A stretch of 64,000 nucleotides of DNA from Podospora anserina (GCA_017654855.1 CM030336.1:1488001-1552000), one strand, 5' to 3'; shown: positions 39,741 through 52,827, numbered from the stretch's first letter. Notes: generated from the sequence alone by a model not told the origin. A program made the numbers and translations.

Positions 39741-41433
39741 TCAGCTGCATCGACCGTATCCCCTCTGACACCCAGTGCCGCAGTGCGCACTCGTTGTCCC
39801 GCAGAAGCCACCAGCGCTGCAGCATTGATTGTTGAAGTCGCCACCGTTGCATGTCCACCCGCCCTTACTTGGGCCACAGCTGCCATCAACAGAGGGAATG
39901 TTGCTGGTAAGACAGGCACTCGAGAAGCTCTTCTGGCTATTTTCATTGTCAGTCGGGCACACAACATATCAAGAGAACAAGAACCTGGAATGTTAGGTAG
40001 CTTACCATCCTTGACCGCAGTGACTAGCAGTTCCGCCACAATTCCCAGTGGCTGAACAACAGTTCCCAAACGCCGATCCCACACACGTCTTTCCATTGGA
40101 ACCGCATTTTCCACCAGTCGAAATGCTCCCGCTTCCACTTGAGCAAGTGCCAAAGCTGGGCTGGCAGCCCACGCCACAGTGGTCCGTTGTTCCACCGCAG
40201 TTACCAGACGGCGAACAGCAGTTTCCAAATCCTGAGCCTGTGCAAGTCTTCCCGTTGGATCCGCACTTGCCATCGGTGGAAATAGTGCCACTACCGCTGT
40301 TGCATGTCCCGTAGCTGCTTTGCCAGCCAGCACCGCAGTGCGCAGTGGTGGTACCGCAGTTGCCGCTGGACGAACAGCAATTACTAAATCCTGAGCCTAT
40401 GCACGTCTTTTGTTCACAGAGCCGCATGTACCATCGGTCGAGATGGAACCACTGCCACTGGAGCAGGTCCCGAAGCCGCTCTGGTAACCAGCACTGCAGT
40501 GATCCGTCGTGCTACCACAGAAGCCATTCCGAGAGCAGCATTTTCCAAAGCCAGAGCCCGTACAAGTTTTGCCATTCCTGGACCCACACTCCCAGTCAGT
40601 CGAGATGGAACCGCTCCCGCCGTTATATGTGCCAAAACCAGACTGACAACCTGCACCACAGTGATCACTGGTACCGCCACACCATCCTCTTGCCGAGCAA
40701 CAGTCTCCAAAGCCAGAACCAGTGCAGGTCTTGCCATTGGCACCGCATTGACCGTCGGTGGAAATATTTCCTGTCCCAGCATCACAAGTCCCAAAGCCAG
40801 ACTGACAACTGGCCGCGCAGTGATCAGTGGTGTTGCCGCACCAGCCTCCTGACGAGCAGCAGTCGCCAAAGCCGGACCCAGCACAAGTTTTGTCACCGTT
40901 TGCAGGGCCGCACAAGCCGTCAGTACTGACGTTGAACTCAGTGCAGATGCCGAAAAGAGATTGGCAGCCGGCACCGCAGTGTCCAGGCGAGTCTCCGCAC
41001 CAGTTGGTAGATGAGCAGCAGGAACCAAAGCCTGAGTTGGTGCAGTTGTACAAGTTGGGATAACCACAAGAGCCGTCGGGTGAGGGACGCCAGTCCAAGG
41101 GATATTGCAGTTGCCGTAGCCATGCTGGCTGTTTTTTTGATGTGTCTTGTAAGCAGATGGGTATTGGAACGGAGGGAAAGGAAGTACTCACCAGCCATCT
41201 CCACAGGCGTCTTTAAATCCACAGCGTCCATCGGCACCACAGCCGGCTCCCCAGGTAGGCGTGCAAAAGTAGTCCTCTAATGAGTTAGGGCCACAGCTGT
41301 CATCGTCGGTGAGGACGCCCGTTTGCCATGCTGGAGGGTCGCCGGGACTCTGGGATAGGACACCGCCGAGGTTTCCGGCGAGGAGCCCCAAAAGGGTGGC
41401 CCATGAAACGCGCATCGGGTAGGGTCCGCTCAA
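39741..41433 (-). pseudogene. Secreted multi-hevein (CBM18) chitin-binding protein, nine domains, one frameshift
   Basis: Signal peptide and repeated STDGxCG...CxGSGFGxCCSxxGxCG....CGxGCQ units. Introns near 41190 and 40003. Frameshift at ~40410. Confidence 0.85.
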
Positions 41434-42158
41434 TGTCGGGCTTTTGTCTGTCGTGTGATTAAATGGTCAAGATTAAAGATGAGAAGGGGCGAGTCACCAT
41501 GGTCCACTGCGTTACGCCTCACCTTACAGCGTCTAGTGGGAGAGTTGATCATGATATGGTTGACAACCTCTCTCTCACCCTCGAGCAACAATAGAGCTCC
41601 CACATGGCACTCACATGGGAATGGGCGGCAAAATGTCCGACGCTCCCACTTTGGTCCCCGGATTGATGGTTTTGACGGCAGCATGGCCTTGGCGTGTTCA
41701 TATCAGACCTCTGGCACAAGTCCGTCACGTCCGGTCTTTGGATCAGCGCGTGTTCCAGACGTGCTCCGGGTGACATCGGGCCGGGCAGTAACCCCTTTCT
41801 TTCTAGAGCGACTGTACTTGCCGGGATCGGGATTGGAGTTTTCGGGGCGATGCGGCCCGGATACTCCGCTAGGAGCCCGATTGCTGACGGAAAGTCAGCG
41901 AGTTGAACAAGTAGTCGCGAGTGACGGAAAATCACCTGAGAATATTTTCATCTTTGCCACATGCAAGAGAACTTCGATCCCAGCTAGGTAGGTCCTTGCT
42001 TATGTTGCGAATTTCCCGTACTACTGACTCCAGACTCCCGGTAACGAGAGCAAGAAGAAGTTGATAAACATGTGTATAGTCCCAGCACAGCACTGGTATT
42101 CCTCATGCTGGAAGAAGGTCCTGTCGAGCATCTAGCCTGAAGTGCCCGCCCTGTGAGG

Positions 42159-43339
42159 ATGACACTGGCAGGTATTAGTCGGACCGGCACAGGCCTTTGG
42201 GCCGCTGCTGTGCTCCTGCTCCTTCTGTGCGTGTCGCCACTTCTTCATTCTTTTACAACAAACATCAATGTCGTCATCGCACCCAACACCCAAAATCTGC
42301 CTCGGCATGCTGCTGCCATCTCGATTGAGCGCCGTGAAACTGCCGCCATTCCCGACGCTCGTTGTGGCGTTGCCCACACCAACCCCCTCAAGCTCACCCC
42401 TCACGAGCCTCTTCTTTTCGAGGAACCTGTCGAGGGGTCATCTCCCTACCTGTCAAGACGTTCTGAAGGCTTGTCAAAGCGGCGAGACGGGCCGTTGTAC
42501 TGCCATGACGGCCCCTGCATTGACAACAGCTGCTGCGGCCCCGACAATGTCTGCGGCTTTGGCCCTGATTTATGCGGGGAGGGCTGTCGTTCCAATCACA
42601 ACGCGACGGCCATGTGCGGCGAGCACAGCGAGTTTGCTGAGATGCCTTGCGGAATGAAATTGTGTTGCTCGGCCAGCGGCTGGTGCGGTGTGAATATATA
42701 CTTACCTGTGTGCTATTCTGAGCGACTGCTGACTGTCTACCTAGTCGACCGAGTCTTATTGCCACAATGCCGACCCCTTGCGAGGCACGCTGCCCTGTCA
42801 GGCCGGATACAGTTCCTGCTACACCACAGGCCCCCCATCGTGCCCCTACGGCGATGGCAGTACAGGTGGCCGTCAACTCGGAATCGCTTGTTTCGCCCGT
42901 GAGTAATGTCTTGCTGCGAGCCCGCCAAAACACCTATCTTATTTGTGACGTTGAATCACGATGTGCGAAGTGCGTCACGCCCAGACCAAACATTCCTGAC
43001 CCGTGCATCAAGGTGTACATGGTATACACCATGACCACGGCCAACTTCCAGGGCATTGTGTACAAGGCCGAGCAGAGTATTAACGGCAAGATGGAAACAT
43101 ACTGCGACACGTTTGCGGGGAGCACGGATCGGTGTTCGGGGAAGAAGAACTATGACTGTGGGAATGGAAACTGGGTGGACAGCTGGACCGGGGAGCGGTT
43201 CTTGTTTTATGTCAAGGCGAATGACAAGGTGTATGATATCCAGGCCAAGGCGCAGGTATTTGAGGGTGTGTGGGATACGTGTAATGGGGCTGCGTTTGCG
43301 TGTATTCCTACTATTTTTAGGGGAAAGGCGGGGTGTTGA
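42159..43339 (+). pseudogene. Remnant of a subgroup C (killer-toxin-like) GH18 chitinase with the catalytic domain missing
   Basis: Signal peptide, KRR site and two CBM18-like modules (CIDNSCCGPDNVCGFGPDLCG, CGMKLCCSASGWCG). An intron leads to CQAGYSSC...PSC...STGGR, then a jump to a Cys-rich tail with no DxxDxDxE. Confidence 0.7.
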
Positions 43340-44513
43340 TGGCCTTTCGAGGTGTAAATAGCAGGGAGACGTGCTTCGCTGCTAGCGGGTGCCTGGCAAT
43401 TTAGATATCCACAAAGACCGGCTTCCTTGGTCAACTCAAAGTCAATGGAACCTCAAGAACAAGGTCAACTGACACGTCCATGGTGGGAAAACGGTGCCAA
43501 TACCCACCAGTGTTGGAGGGGGCTGGGTGGTTGTTGTATCTCAGCAGGATGTCTGGTATCGTGGGTTTTGGAGGTTGCAAGAGCGCTTGGGTGGATAACT
43601 GCAGGTTATGTGCATTGTCTGGGTTGATATTCCTGTGGTGGTACGGTTCAGTGGTTAAATACGTAAACTTTTGCCTGCATGTTCTGAAAGTCAGTGAATG
43701 AGTAGCTCTTGATAATGGCATGGTAAGGAGACATCAGCTCCGGGACCTTGATGAGCAAGATGTGACAAAATCGTCCCTTCTTCAACACAGCCTGGGCCCA
43801 CTTCAGACTCCCTCGTGGTTCGGATGGCCCAGATCATCCGAACTTGCTCCAGGCAGGGAGCAGTGAATGGTTGCTCTTCACTTATGCTGCTCCCGTGCGC
43901 CGAGGGGAACACGTCATCGTCCCAATAAACTCCGCGATATTCAACGTTTCCTCTACATCTGATCAAGGATGCGTTTTCGTCTAAAGGGATTCCCTCAATC
44001 TCTTATGATAAACAAAATTGTGTTGGGTCACGTTTGGTAATCTTTTTTGCCCATGTTGGAACCGGACACCGTGTTACTGCTCCATCACAGGTATAAGAAC
44101 AGGGCACTTTCACCACTTGCCCTCATTCTTTTCCCCCATCACAAACTCGTCCTTCTCTGATACCGCAGGCACCTTCAGCTTACACCACCATCGCACATCA
44201 TCACCACCACCCAAACGCTTCTTGTTGCCAGCCTCATTTCGTTGCGCGGCAAAGTTATTGATCTTTGCCATCGGGCGCAACACCACACTCAATCACAACC
44301 GCCCGCAACAGACCATCATCATCGGCTTCACATTAACAAGTCGCCCATAGACCACGGCTGTCATATCTCTTAAAACCCTCTTCACCCAAGTCTTCGGGGC
44401 CTCTTTCCTTTCTTTGTAAGTCCCACCCATCACCCCCTTGGCAGAACGCCAAGCCTTCAGGGGTAGTAAACAAAGACCCACTAACAAATCCCAACACCAC
44501 AGCAACTACGACA

Positions 44514-45130
44514 ATGGTCCATACCAAGTACGGTCCCAACGTCCCCGGCATGATGTGTAAGTCTCCTTCCACTTTTTCCTCCCATCATCACCACTAACCC
44601 CTTTTCCAGTTCCGCAGATTCAGCACCCCGGCGCCACAACCGGCCTCGACGCGAACAACAACCCCTACGTTTATATTTCCGGCCTCCACGGCTCCGGCCG
44701 CCTCCCCCAGCCGCCTCCCCTCACTCACCCTGGCTTTCCTGCCGCGAACCTCATCAACTCCACCGGTGGTGCTGGTGCCGAGCCTGGGTTCAACTACTTC
44801 TTTCCTACCGAGCACGCCGATGTTATTGTGCTGCAGAGTGCGGTTGCGCCCTGGAAGTTGACGGAGGGGTATACTCGGTTGGACTATTGGACTGTCAAGG
44901 TGCCGGGGAATATTACCATGGGGGAGTTGCTGGCTGGATTAGGGGTGAGCAGCGGGAATGGGGGGTTGTATGTTGTTTATCAGCAGGGGAATGGGAAGTG
45001 GGAGCATCAGGAGAGTATGACGGGGGTGGATGGGAGGTTGATGCGGCGGAGTGTGAGGGAGATGGGGTGGTGCAGGAGGGGCAGGGAGGGGAAGGTGAGG
45101 AGGACTTATATTTGGGTTCAGAGGGTTTAA
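44514..45130 (+). CDS. Hypothetical protein
   Basis: ATG at 44514 and an intron 44557-44609 (GTAAGT..CTAAC..CAG) in phase with PQIQHPG...NSTGGAGAEPGFNYFFPTEH...YIWVQRV. Confidence 0.7.
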
Positions 45131-45510
45131 TGCCGGATGGGGATGGGGGGTTGATGCGGTGGTTTGATGCCGGCTGGGGTGGGGGGTTAAGAGGGTTTGT
45201 TGTGGGGTAACTTTATGAAGTATCGGCTAAGGGGTATGGGTATGACAGGTGGTGAAAGGCCAAACAAGGAAAAAAAGTAGTCAGCGGCTCAAAGGTGGCA
45301 AGGGGCACGCCCGGGTGAAGGGTCTTGGTGGGTATAGCTATTAATGCAGTGTTTCTCCCCTGAGGTGATGCATCGTTAAGTTTCATTTTTCGGTTGCGGT
45401 GATAACGAATCTTAGGTATATTTGTCTGGTCAGTATCTCTGAAGCATAGGTAGGAAACACCATCCTGGCTATGCTGAATCTATTTTGCGTGTGGTATGGA
45501 CGCCATCAGC

Positions 45511-46730
45511 TTAGGAGATGGTATTTGCGTGCAATGATGCTGACTTCATTGAGTACTCAGGCCGCTGAAGGTTGTCCGGTATGCCATGAGTCAACCATTG
45601 CAGTTGTTGCTCATTGTAGTTCGAATCGCGGTGATATCTGGGGGCAGGTCAAGCTCCAAACAAGACTGCCCCCAATCGAATACACCAGACCGTCCAAGAA
45701 GCGGAGAAGATCTACCGAGTACTTTTGAGCTTCTTTTGCCTCCTTCACGACGGCCAGGAACTTGTCGACGTAATCTTTGATGGTAGTGCAGCAAATCTTG
45801 TTGGCCTTTGCCAGGTCAACCCCCTTTTCCTTCATGGTGACCAAGATGGCATTTGGAATATGGGTCTTGCCGCTCTTCATGGCGTCTTGTTCCTCCTTCT
45901 CCCAAGAATAAAGATCGTTCACGAGAGCAAAGGCAATTTACCCGGGCCGGCACAGGTCCGAACACACCGCTTTTTCCTCATCTGGGATGCTGATGGCACG
46001 GCCAAAGTAGAGCATGCCACTCCGGAAGCTGCCATATGTTAGCACCCAAGAAAGAATAGCCCCTATAGGATATACCCACGTCTTTCCAAAGTCTTCGTTT
46101 CGATACTCGATGTAGTCAGCCAACCTGAAATGCTGTGCTCTCGAGCAGTCCCCACCGCCGCCACCCTGAAGAAACTCCTGCCAGAGTTTAAGAGCTACTA
46201 GCTCCCGGTCTGGATTGATTCTAAGAATCTCCGAGACCATCCATGTCTGAATCTTCTTGATGTTATTGATGGACAATTTGGGTACCGCGTCATCGTTGTT
46301 GGTGGAGTGTTCGTTCTGCAAGGCGAAGCCGGAGAGGACCTCAGTCAGTGTTTCTTGCCCTTCTGTCTCTTCCGCGTTCTCAAAGACATCGTCATTGAGA
46401 AAGCTAAACTCGTTAGCATATGTGACGATGGCCAGCCCGTCCGGGAGGCATTCCGGCATTGAAAGGGGCACGGCGTTGGACTTGGGGTGAAGGCCACCTC
46501 GGTCTGCCGTACCGTGTCAGTAAATGATTTGTGTCTGAGCAAGGAGGATAACAGGGTAGGCAGCTACATGATCCAACCGGGGCGACATTCTCTTTCCAGT
46601 CTTCAATTGCGCCAATGATGGCTAGGTCGGTGGTCTTGTGATGATGGTGGATTCGAACCTTGATGCCATCACACAGGCCTTGAGTGTCATACACGGATGG
46701 ATCAAGGACGTATGAGTATTGGAATTCCAT
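45511..46730 (-). pseudogene. Class I terpene cyclase (fusicoccadiene/ophiobolin synthase-type cyclase domain), disrupted
   Basis: MEFQYS...YDTQGLCDGI start, ANEFSFLNDDVFE (DDxxE) and NDLYSWEKE (NSE). In-frame TAA at 45938-45940; +1 frameshift at 45640-45644 breaks CPRY. Confidence 0.85.
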
Positions 46731-47282
46731 TTGGGTGAAAGATAGGATGCTAGAGTAAAGTTTGAAGTAGCGATCTAGGTAGGAATATGAAAAAAGCTTT
46801 AGTCTTGTTCGCTACCCACAACCGTCGTCCTTATATACACTGGGCTAAGCCTTTACCGGTCAGAGACAGCCCCCATCTTGTGGTCGAGTGGCTGCAAAGT
46901 ACCTACCCAAATAAGAATATGCTTTAGGTTATGGCAAGAAGCCCCAGGTGCAGCATCCGAAACACATCGGAGCTTTTGCCTCGTACAGATCTTGGATGAG
47001 ATTACCCCAGACAAGAGGCGTCAAATATCAGGTTGTTCTGCCAGGAAAAAGGGCCGCTGTGTGACAGATGTAACCACATTGGCAACCCTTACAGGTTTCT
47101 GTGAAACCAGCATGATAATCCTCTTTTGTAGAACAAGTACAAGAGCGCATTATGAATCAGGATTTAGTCCCGAGTCACATGCATGACCAATGGCTAATGT
47201 AGAATGATGGGAACAATGGGATCGTCTGTTTCTCAACACTCTTAACAGCTCGGCCTGTCTCTAAGTGGGATAGGGATGTCAG

Positions 47283-48540
47283 GTGCTGCTCTGCTTTCAT
47301 GGGTTTTTGTCCTCAACCGATCGCACCACGGAACCTTCACCATTCAGGGTGATCGTGAACAGGAGGTTTTTAGACCAGAGCCATCTTAACGGGTCATCTC
47401 TTGTTGTTGTCACCTCTGCGGGACTTGCTTTCTACGGTCTTGCACTGACTATCTACCGCATTTGGTTTCATCCACTCGCTGGCTTTCCTGGTCCAAAGCT
47501 GGCCGCTGCGACAGGGTGGTACCAGACGTATTACGAGGTTATGACCTACGGAAAGCTTTCTTTCAAGCTTGCAGAACTGCATACAAGATATGGTATGGCA
47601 TTCCCTACCTGCATGCTAGGTTGCTGATGGATTTGCTGACATGGGCTATCCACGCAATCTGTAGGACCAATCGTGCGATTTAGTCCTTGGGAACTCTCCA
47701 TCAGAGACCCGGGATTCTACCAAAACAGTTATGCCCACGGTTCTGTCCGCCGTACTGAGGTCAGTTTGCGACAAATAACGGCACTCGGCTTTGACGGCTC
47801 TCACATGTTTACAGAGTTTCATGAGCTACACCGCTTACGACAGAAGCCCCTCGAACCATTCTTTTCTCGTCGTGCAGTTGAGTTCAAAGAAGACCCGATT
47901 GCTCAGAAGGCACAATTTATCGTTGCTCGCATAGGAGAGTGGATTGGCAATGGCACACCTTTGCAACTGGAGCTTGCTTATTTTGCTTATGTCACGGATG
48001 TGGTTGGGGAGATTCTCTTCGGGGGTGAGAACCTGAGTTTGTTGGAACACAGCGAGTTCGCACCTGATTGGTGAGTATAATACTTGAGGTACATTTCCTT
48101 AGATATTTGCTTGCGCCCAGCACCCACCTGAAACCTCCCAGGGGGGACATGATGAATGAGATGAAAAAGCATACGCCGATTATGCTTAACGCTACTTGGG
48201 TGGCGAGGTAAGGCCAACCTGCAATTACCTACCTTACTAGAAAGTCAAAGTTAACATAGAGTCAGAATTCTTCACAAGATATCAGTTGTTGTTCTAGTGA
48301 AACTGCATCCGGGAGGGGCCAGCTTCACAGCGTATGCCAAGGTGGGTTGCCGAACACACTGCTCATGAAAGAAGGCTGATGTTCCGAGACTATTGACCGC
48401 CTCCTCAACCACACCATCCAAGATCTTCAGAATCTAAACATTGCCGAGATCAAAGCCCGGCCGGCCGTTAAGCGCACTATTGCGCAAAATCTCCTGCTCT
48501 CGGATATGCCCACGCGGAAATCGTTCCGTCGACCAGATAT
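47283..48540 (+). pseudogene. Truncated cytochrome P450 (trichodiene-oxygenase-like N-terminal half)
   Basis: IYRIWFHPLAGFPGPKLAAATGWY, YG-intron-PIVRFSPWELSIRDP and HELHRLRQKPLEPFFSR. No I-helix, ExxR or heme-Cys motif follows. Confidence 0.8.
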
Positions 48541-49771
48541 GGAATCGAGCCAGATCAGGGCTTCGAGATGGCGTTTTTTTCGCAGTGCGGAATGAGGCGT
48601 TGGTCCTCGACTTATGATACTGGGTTTGAAAGGGTGGGCAATGGAGTCATAGAAATATGTTCGCTGCTGAAAAGAGGAAGAAGAGGAGGAGGAAGATGAA
48701 GAGATGTTTTAAATGGCAGCGGACTCCTGAAATGTCACACGCTGAAAGAATCACGGGGTAAAGCCACATCGCGGCACATTATTCAGCTGCAAACCTATCA
48801 CGCTTCACTCCAGTCCCACCAGCCACACTTGGCCCCTGAGCTGATAGTAGTTGATGATGACGATGATGAGCAGAAAGGAACAAAAGGGGGACAAGAACAG
48901 GGAGAAAAAACGGCATCAAAGCTATCTCATGAACCTGCATATTGCTTTCACTGCCTATCTCTAAGCCCTTGTCAGTAGGTGTGGTCGTGCGTTCTGGGTT
49001 GTTGCTATCATGCTCAGCTGAAAATCAGGTAGGACCATTGCCCCCAGGTCAGGGGCATCACCTCACCGCATGGCATAGATATCCTAATAATCAAGTCTCT
49101 TAACCACATCTTCCAGCACGTTCGTCACCCACGAGATGGGAGCTCGTAAGCTTTGTTCACCCTGTGTATTTTACCCGCGGAAAAAAAAGTCTGTGATATT
49201 TCCTGTGGCATTGTTCATACCCAACGCCAGTAAAAGGTGAAAAGGGGTAAGTGTTAAGGTTGAAACGCAAGTTCAGTTGGGCATACCAACCTATATAAGC
49301 CCAATCTTGGAAGTATTCTTAGTAGGTTTCAATGTCATGTCAAAAACGGTCTTGACTCGTTGTGTTTTTACTATGTTCACCTCATAGTCACTTTCCATCA
49401 ATTTTCATTGTTGCCCATAAGATCTCATTAAGCGGTCGTAGCTAGCCCATTTATAACTTCATCCTGGCAGATAATGCCCCTTGACAGGCCACCTTCTTTA
49501 CCCAGCTACTCCAAGAATTCGTCCCAGCTAAGAAATTCCACAGAAAACACCATAGTCCGTGTTAAAGAGCATGCTCCGGCAGCTAGCACCCTTAGCGCGG
49601 AGCATACCATGGTATGGTGACTCCATTAGATAACTGTAGAAGGTGGTCGAAACCTCACAAAGTGACTCAACTCCATCACGAGCCAGTGAAATAAATCAGC
49701 AGGTTGGGGACGACGCGTAGTTTGGACGAACACCTGCGTGCACCCCCCCAGCCTGAGTATCTACCCCCTAA

Positions 49772-50830
49772 TCAACGATGGCCATACCTCTCCAACAACC
49801 GAGCAGCACTCTCCCTCAACACCGCCGGCTGAATTGCTCCTCCCCTGGGGTTTTTCCCAACAAAATCGTGGTACTGGCCCAACACAGCTGCAATAGCTTC
49901 CTTTCCAGCATAGGGGAAATCTGTCCCAAAGAGGACCCGATCAGAGCTCGTGTAATCAAGGAGGCTCTCCAGCTGGGCAGTGGAGCTAATAAGCGCGGTG
50001 TCAAAGTAGAATTTTGCAAACCCAGCTTTGACGTCCTCGCGCGTGATGTTCACCATCCCCGCCAAGGCCGGGTTGAGCAACAAGCACTCGATACGATTGG
50101 CCAGGTAAGGGAGTGTTCCTCCCGCGTGTGAGAGGATGATGTCGACGTCGGTGTAATCACGCATGATACCACCAAAGACGATGTCAACCGCCGCGCGAGT
50201 TGTAGCAATGGGGTAGTCGATTACCGGCTGGGGTAGTCGATTACCGGCTGGGGTAGTCAATTACCGGCTGGGGTAGACTGCTCGCAATAAACCGAGGGGT
50301 GATGTCGAGCGTTGTCGGATGCAGGAAGATCAAGGCGTGGTAGTGGTTGAGCTTTTCCCAGATGGGCTTGAACAGAGGGTTTGACGGGAGGTACGAGCCG
50401 TAGGATGTGAACACCGTGACGCCCTTGCAGAGCTTTTGCTGGCAATAAAGAAAGTCGATTTCATCGAGCGTGCCGTCTACATCCTGCCAGTCGGGAAGTA
50501 CCCTGAAGAAGGCCAGACGGGAAGAGTTCTCGGACGATGTGGCATACGTGGCAAGCTGGGTGTTGAGAGCACGGGAACGGTTGCGGGCAGCTTGGCCGGT
50601 ACCGGCAATGGAAACACCCGGGGCAGAGACGGAGAGAATGCCGAGGGAAGCGCCAGAGAGATCAAGAGAGTTGATGGCCGCTTCGGGACCAAGTAGGCGA
50701 GGGAAAGTTGGAGGGATCGCCGCCTGCTGTTTCGATGGCCGCCACGTAGACAGGTGGAAGGGCATGAACGTGGACGTCGATGAGACCAATAGGGGTCCCA
50801 GAGCTGGTGTTGCTATCCATCGTAGACACT
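49772..50830 (-). pseudogene. Amidohydrolase-2 family decarboxylase (6-MSA decarboxylase/ACMSD-like), frameshifted
   Basis: IDVHVH, ILSVSAPG, IFLHP, ILSHAGGTLPYL, FYFDTA and LFGTDFPY motifs. Frameshifts at ~50690 and ~50210-50276. Confidence 0.85.
50210..50276. repeat. 20-bp tandem repeat, three copies plus a partial one, inside the coding sequence
   Basis: GGGGTAGTCGATTACCGGCT twice, GGGGTAGTCAATTACCGGCT once, then GGGGTAG. Confidence 0.95.
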
Positions 50831-51529
50831 GAGGACTTGAAGACAGTGATGCTTTCAGAAGAACTTAACCAGCAACGAGCACTGGTTTAAAATGTACTTG
50901 CCCAACAATAATTGAGACCCGTGACATTTTGACGTGATTGGCAGCGGCTTCGGACAACTGGCCTGGTATCATGAGATTAGATGAAAAGGAGGAATATCAC
51001 CGATTCTCCAGTGCAGCGTTCACAGTGGTCTCTTCAAAGCTTTTGGCGGAAACAATTTTGTTTACTGTGCAGGAGGCAACTAAGTGCGGCGTCTCAAGGT
51101 GCTTTGCTCCTCCCTGAAATACTATTAGCTTGGTGATCATGAAGATCGCTAACTGGATGTAGAATGGCTGTTGTTAGTTCTGGCGTGTAAGCGAAGCTTT
51201 TGAAGGCCAAGACGGGAGTTGGGCAAGGGACCGGGAAGGTCTTGCCGTGCATGATTTTCAGCACAAGACTCTAAGTTTAAGGGACACCAAGTCTGGTGTT
51301 ACAGCCAGAGATAAGACTTTCAGTCAGACAATCATACCAGAACAGATTATTCCTATTCCCTCGCTCATCAAGAGATCGTATCAGCATAGCCTTGTACCCT
51401 GCATGTATTCGAACAGATATATACCGCCCAGAATCTGACAAAGGCAGCAAAAAGGGTCCGACGCACTCTTATCTCTCACGCCACGTTCAACTGTCAAAGC
51501 ACAGCATCAGCACACCCCATGAAACCCTC

Positions 51530-52490
51530 TCAATCCCCAACCCCATCCCTCACCAACCTAACCCCACCGCCCATAAAACCCAAGCTAAACCCCTTCCTCG
51601 GACTCCCCTTGCCCACCACCATTTCCTTCTTCGGGCTGGCATCCATAACCCCAACCCCCTCCCTAATCCTCTTGGGACTTTCTTGTTGTGGTGTCGTCTC
51701 CTGTGCCCTCAACCCCCTCCTCCTCTCTACCTCCACCACCAACCCCTTCAGATACACCTCCGCCTGCACAGTAGCACTGTACGCCTCAGCCGTCCACAAC
51801 CAAACATTGGTCCTTCTCGGATCCGCCCCCGCCGCCAGTAATGTCCTCAATACCAACAAATTCCCATTACTACTCGCAAAATGCAACGCGGTATTCCCAT
51901 CCAAATCAGCGTTTCTCAACGCACTCTCCGCTCCACCAGGCGCGTACGTTAGCAGCAACTGAACAACTGTGTCGTGCCCATGTAGTGAAGCTTCCATGAT
52001 TGCGTCCCGCCCTCGTATATCCTGCCTGACGATACCCGCTGGGTAGAATTCGCATAGGCAGTGGACTACTTCTGTGTGGCCGGCGGCAGAAGCGAGCATG
52101 AGTGGTGTCTGATGGTTGTCATTCAGTGATGGTGTGATGTTATCGTCGTCATCGGTGGGGGTGTTATCGGCTGTTCTGGTTCGTTCGTGGCCGAGGGATA
52201 TCAGCAATCGACATATTTGTAGATGGCCCAATGAGGCGGCGAGGTGGAGGTTGGAGTTGGACAGGCCGAAGCGTTCGTCTGGGTCGGGGTTGTGGAGGAG
52301 GTGAGGGTGGGATTTGAGGATGCGGGCGACGAGGAGGTGGTCATTGGAGCGGATTGCTCGGCGGAGGCGGATGGAGGGGTCGATCCTGGAGTTGAGGAGC
52401 TGTTAGTGGTGACTAGAGTTCAAAATGGTGGGTGGGGAGGGGCAAGAAGGTGTTAACATGAGAGACGAGGACAGGAAAGGGCACGTACAT
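51530..52490 (-). CDS. Ankyrin-repeat protein, AVO2-like (TORC2-associated)
   Basis: Start codon split by an intron (AT|GTACGT...CAG|G) gives MIDPSIRLRRAI. Ankyrin units SNLHLAASLGH, TPLMLASAAGH and TALHFASSNGN, plus AYSATVQAEVY. Confidence 0.8.
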
Positions 52491-52827
52491 GGTCAGCTCG
52501 CGCTTTGGGCGTGGGCAGCTGTGGTGACTTGATGATCGTGGAGAGAGTCAGTGCGATGGTTGGTGGGGATGGAGTGACGTCGCAGATCGTGGCCCAAGCC
52601 TGGAACACAGCGCTTGGGCTTCCGCGCCGTCAAGTCCGAAATGCGGGGTGGCGCAGGTACCCCGCCATTAGCCTGCGCATGATCCCTGCAAGTTCAGCCC
52701 TACCACAACAACAAGAGACAACAGCAACGACATCAAGTGGTAGGTGGTACCATGTGCGAGGAGGGCGGAATAAACTATTTCTATAGGTATACCATGAGCC
52801 TATACTTGGGCATCGATATAGTCCAGG

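Noticed and set aside
39713-41067. Long Ala/Val-rich alternative-frame ORFs
   Set aside because: Off-frame readings of the Gly/Cys/Ser hevein repeats.
50210-50276. CRISPR-like array
   Set aside because: Contiguous tandem repeat without spacers in a eukaryotic gene, and no cas genes.
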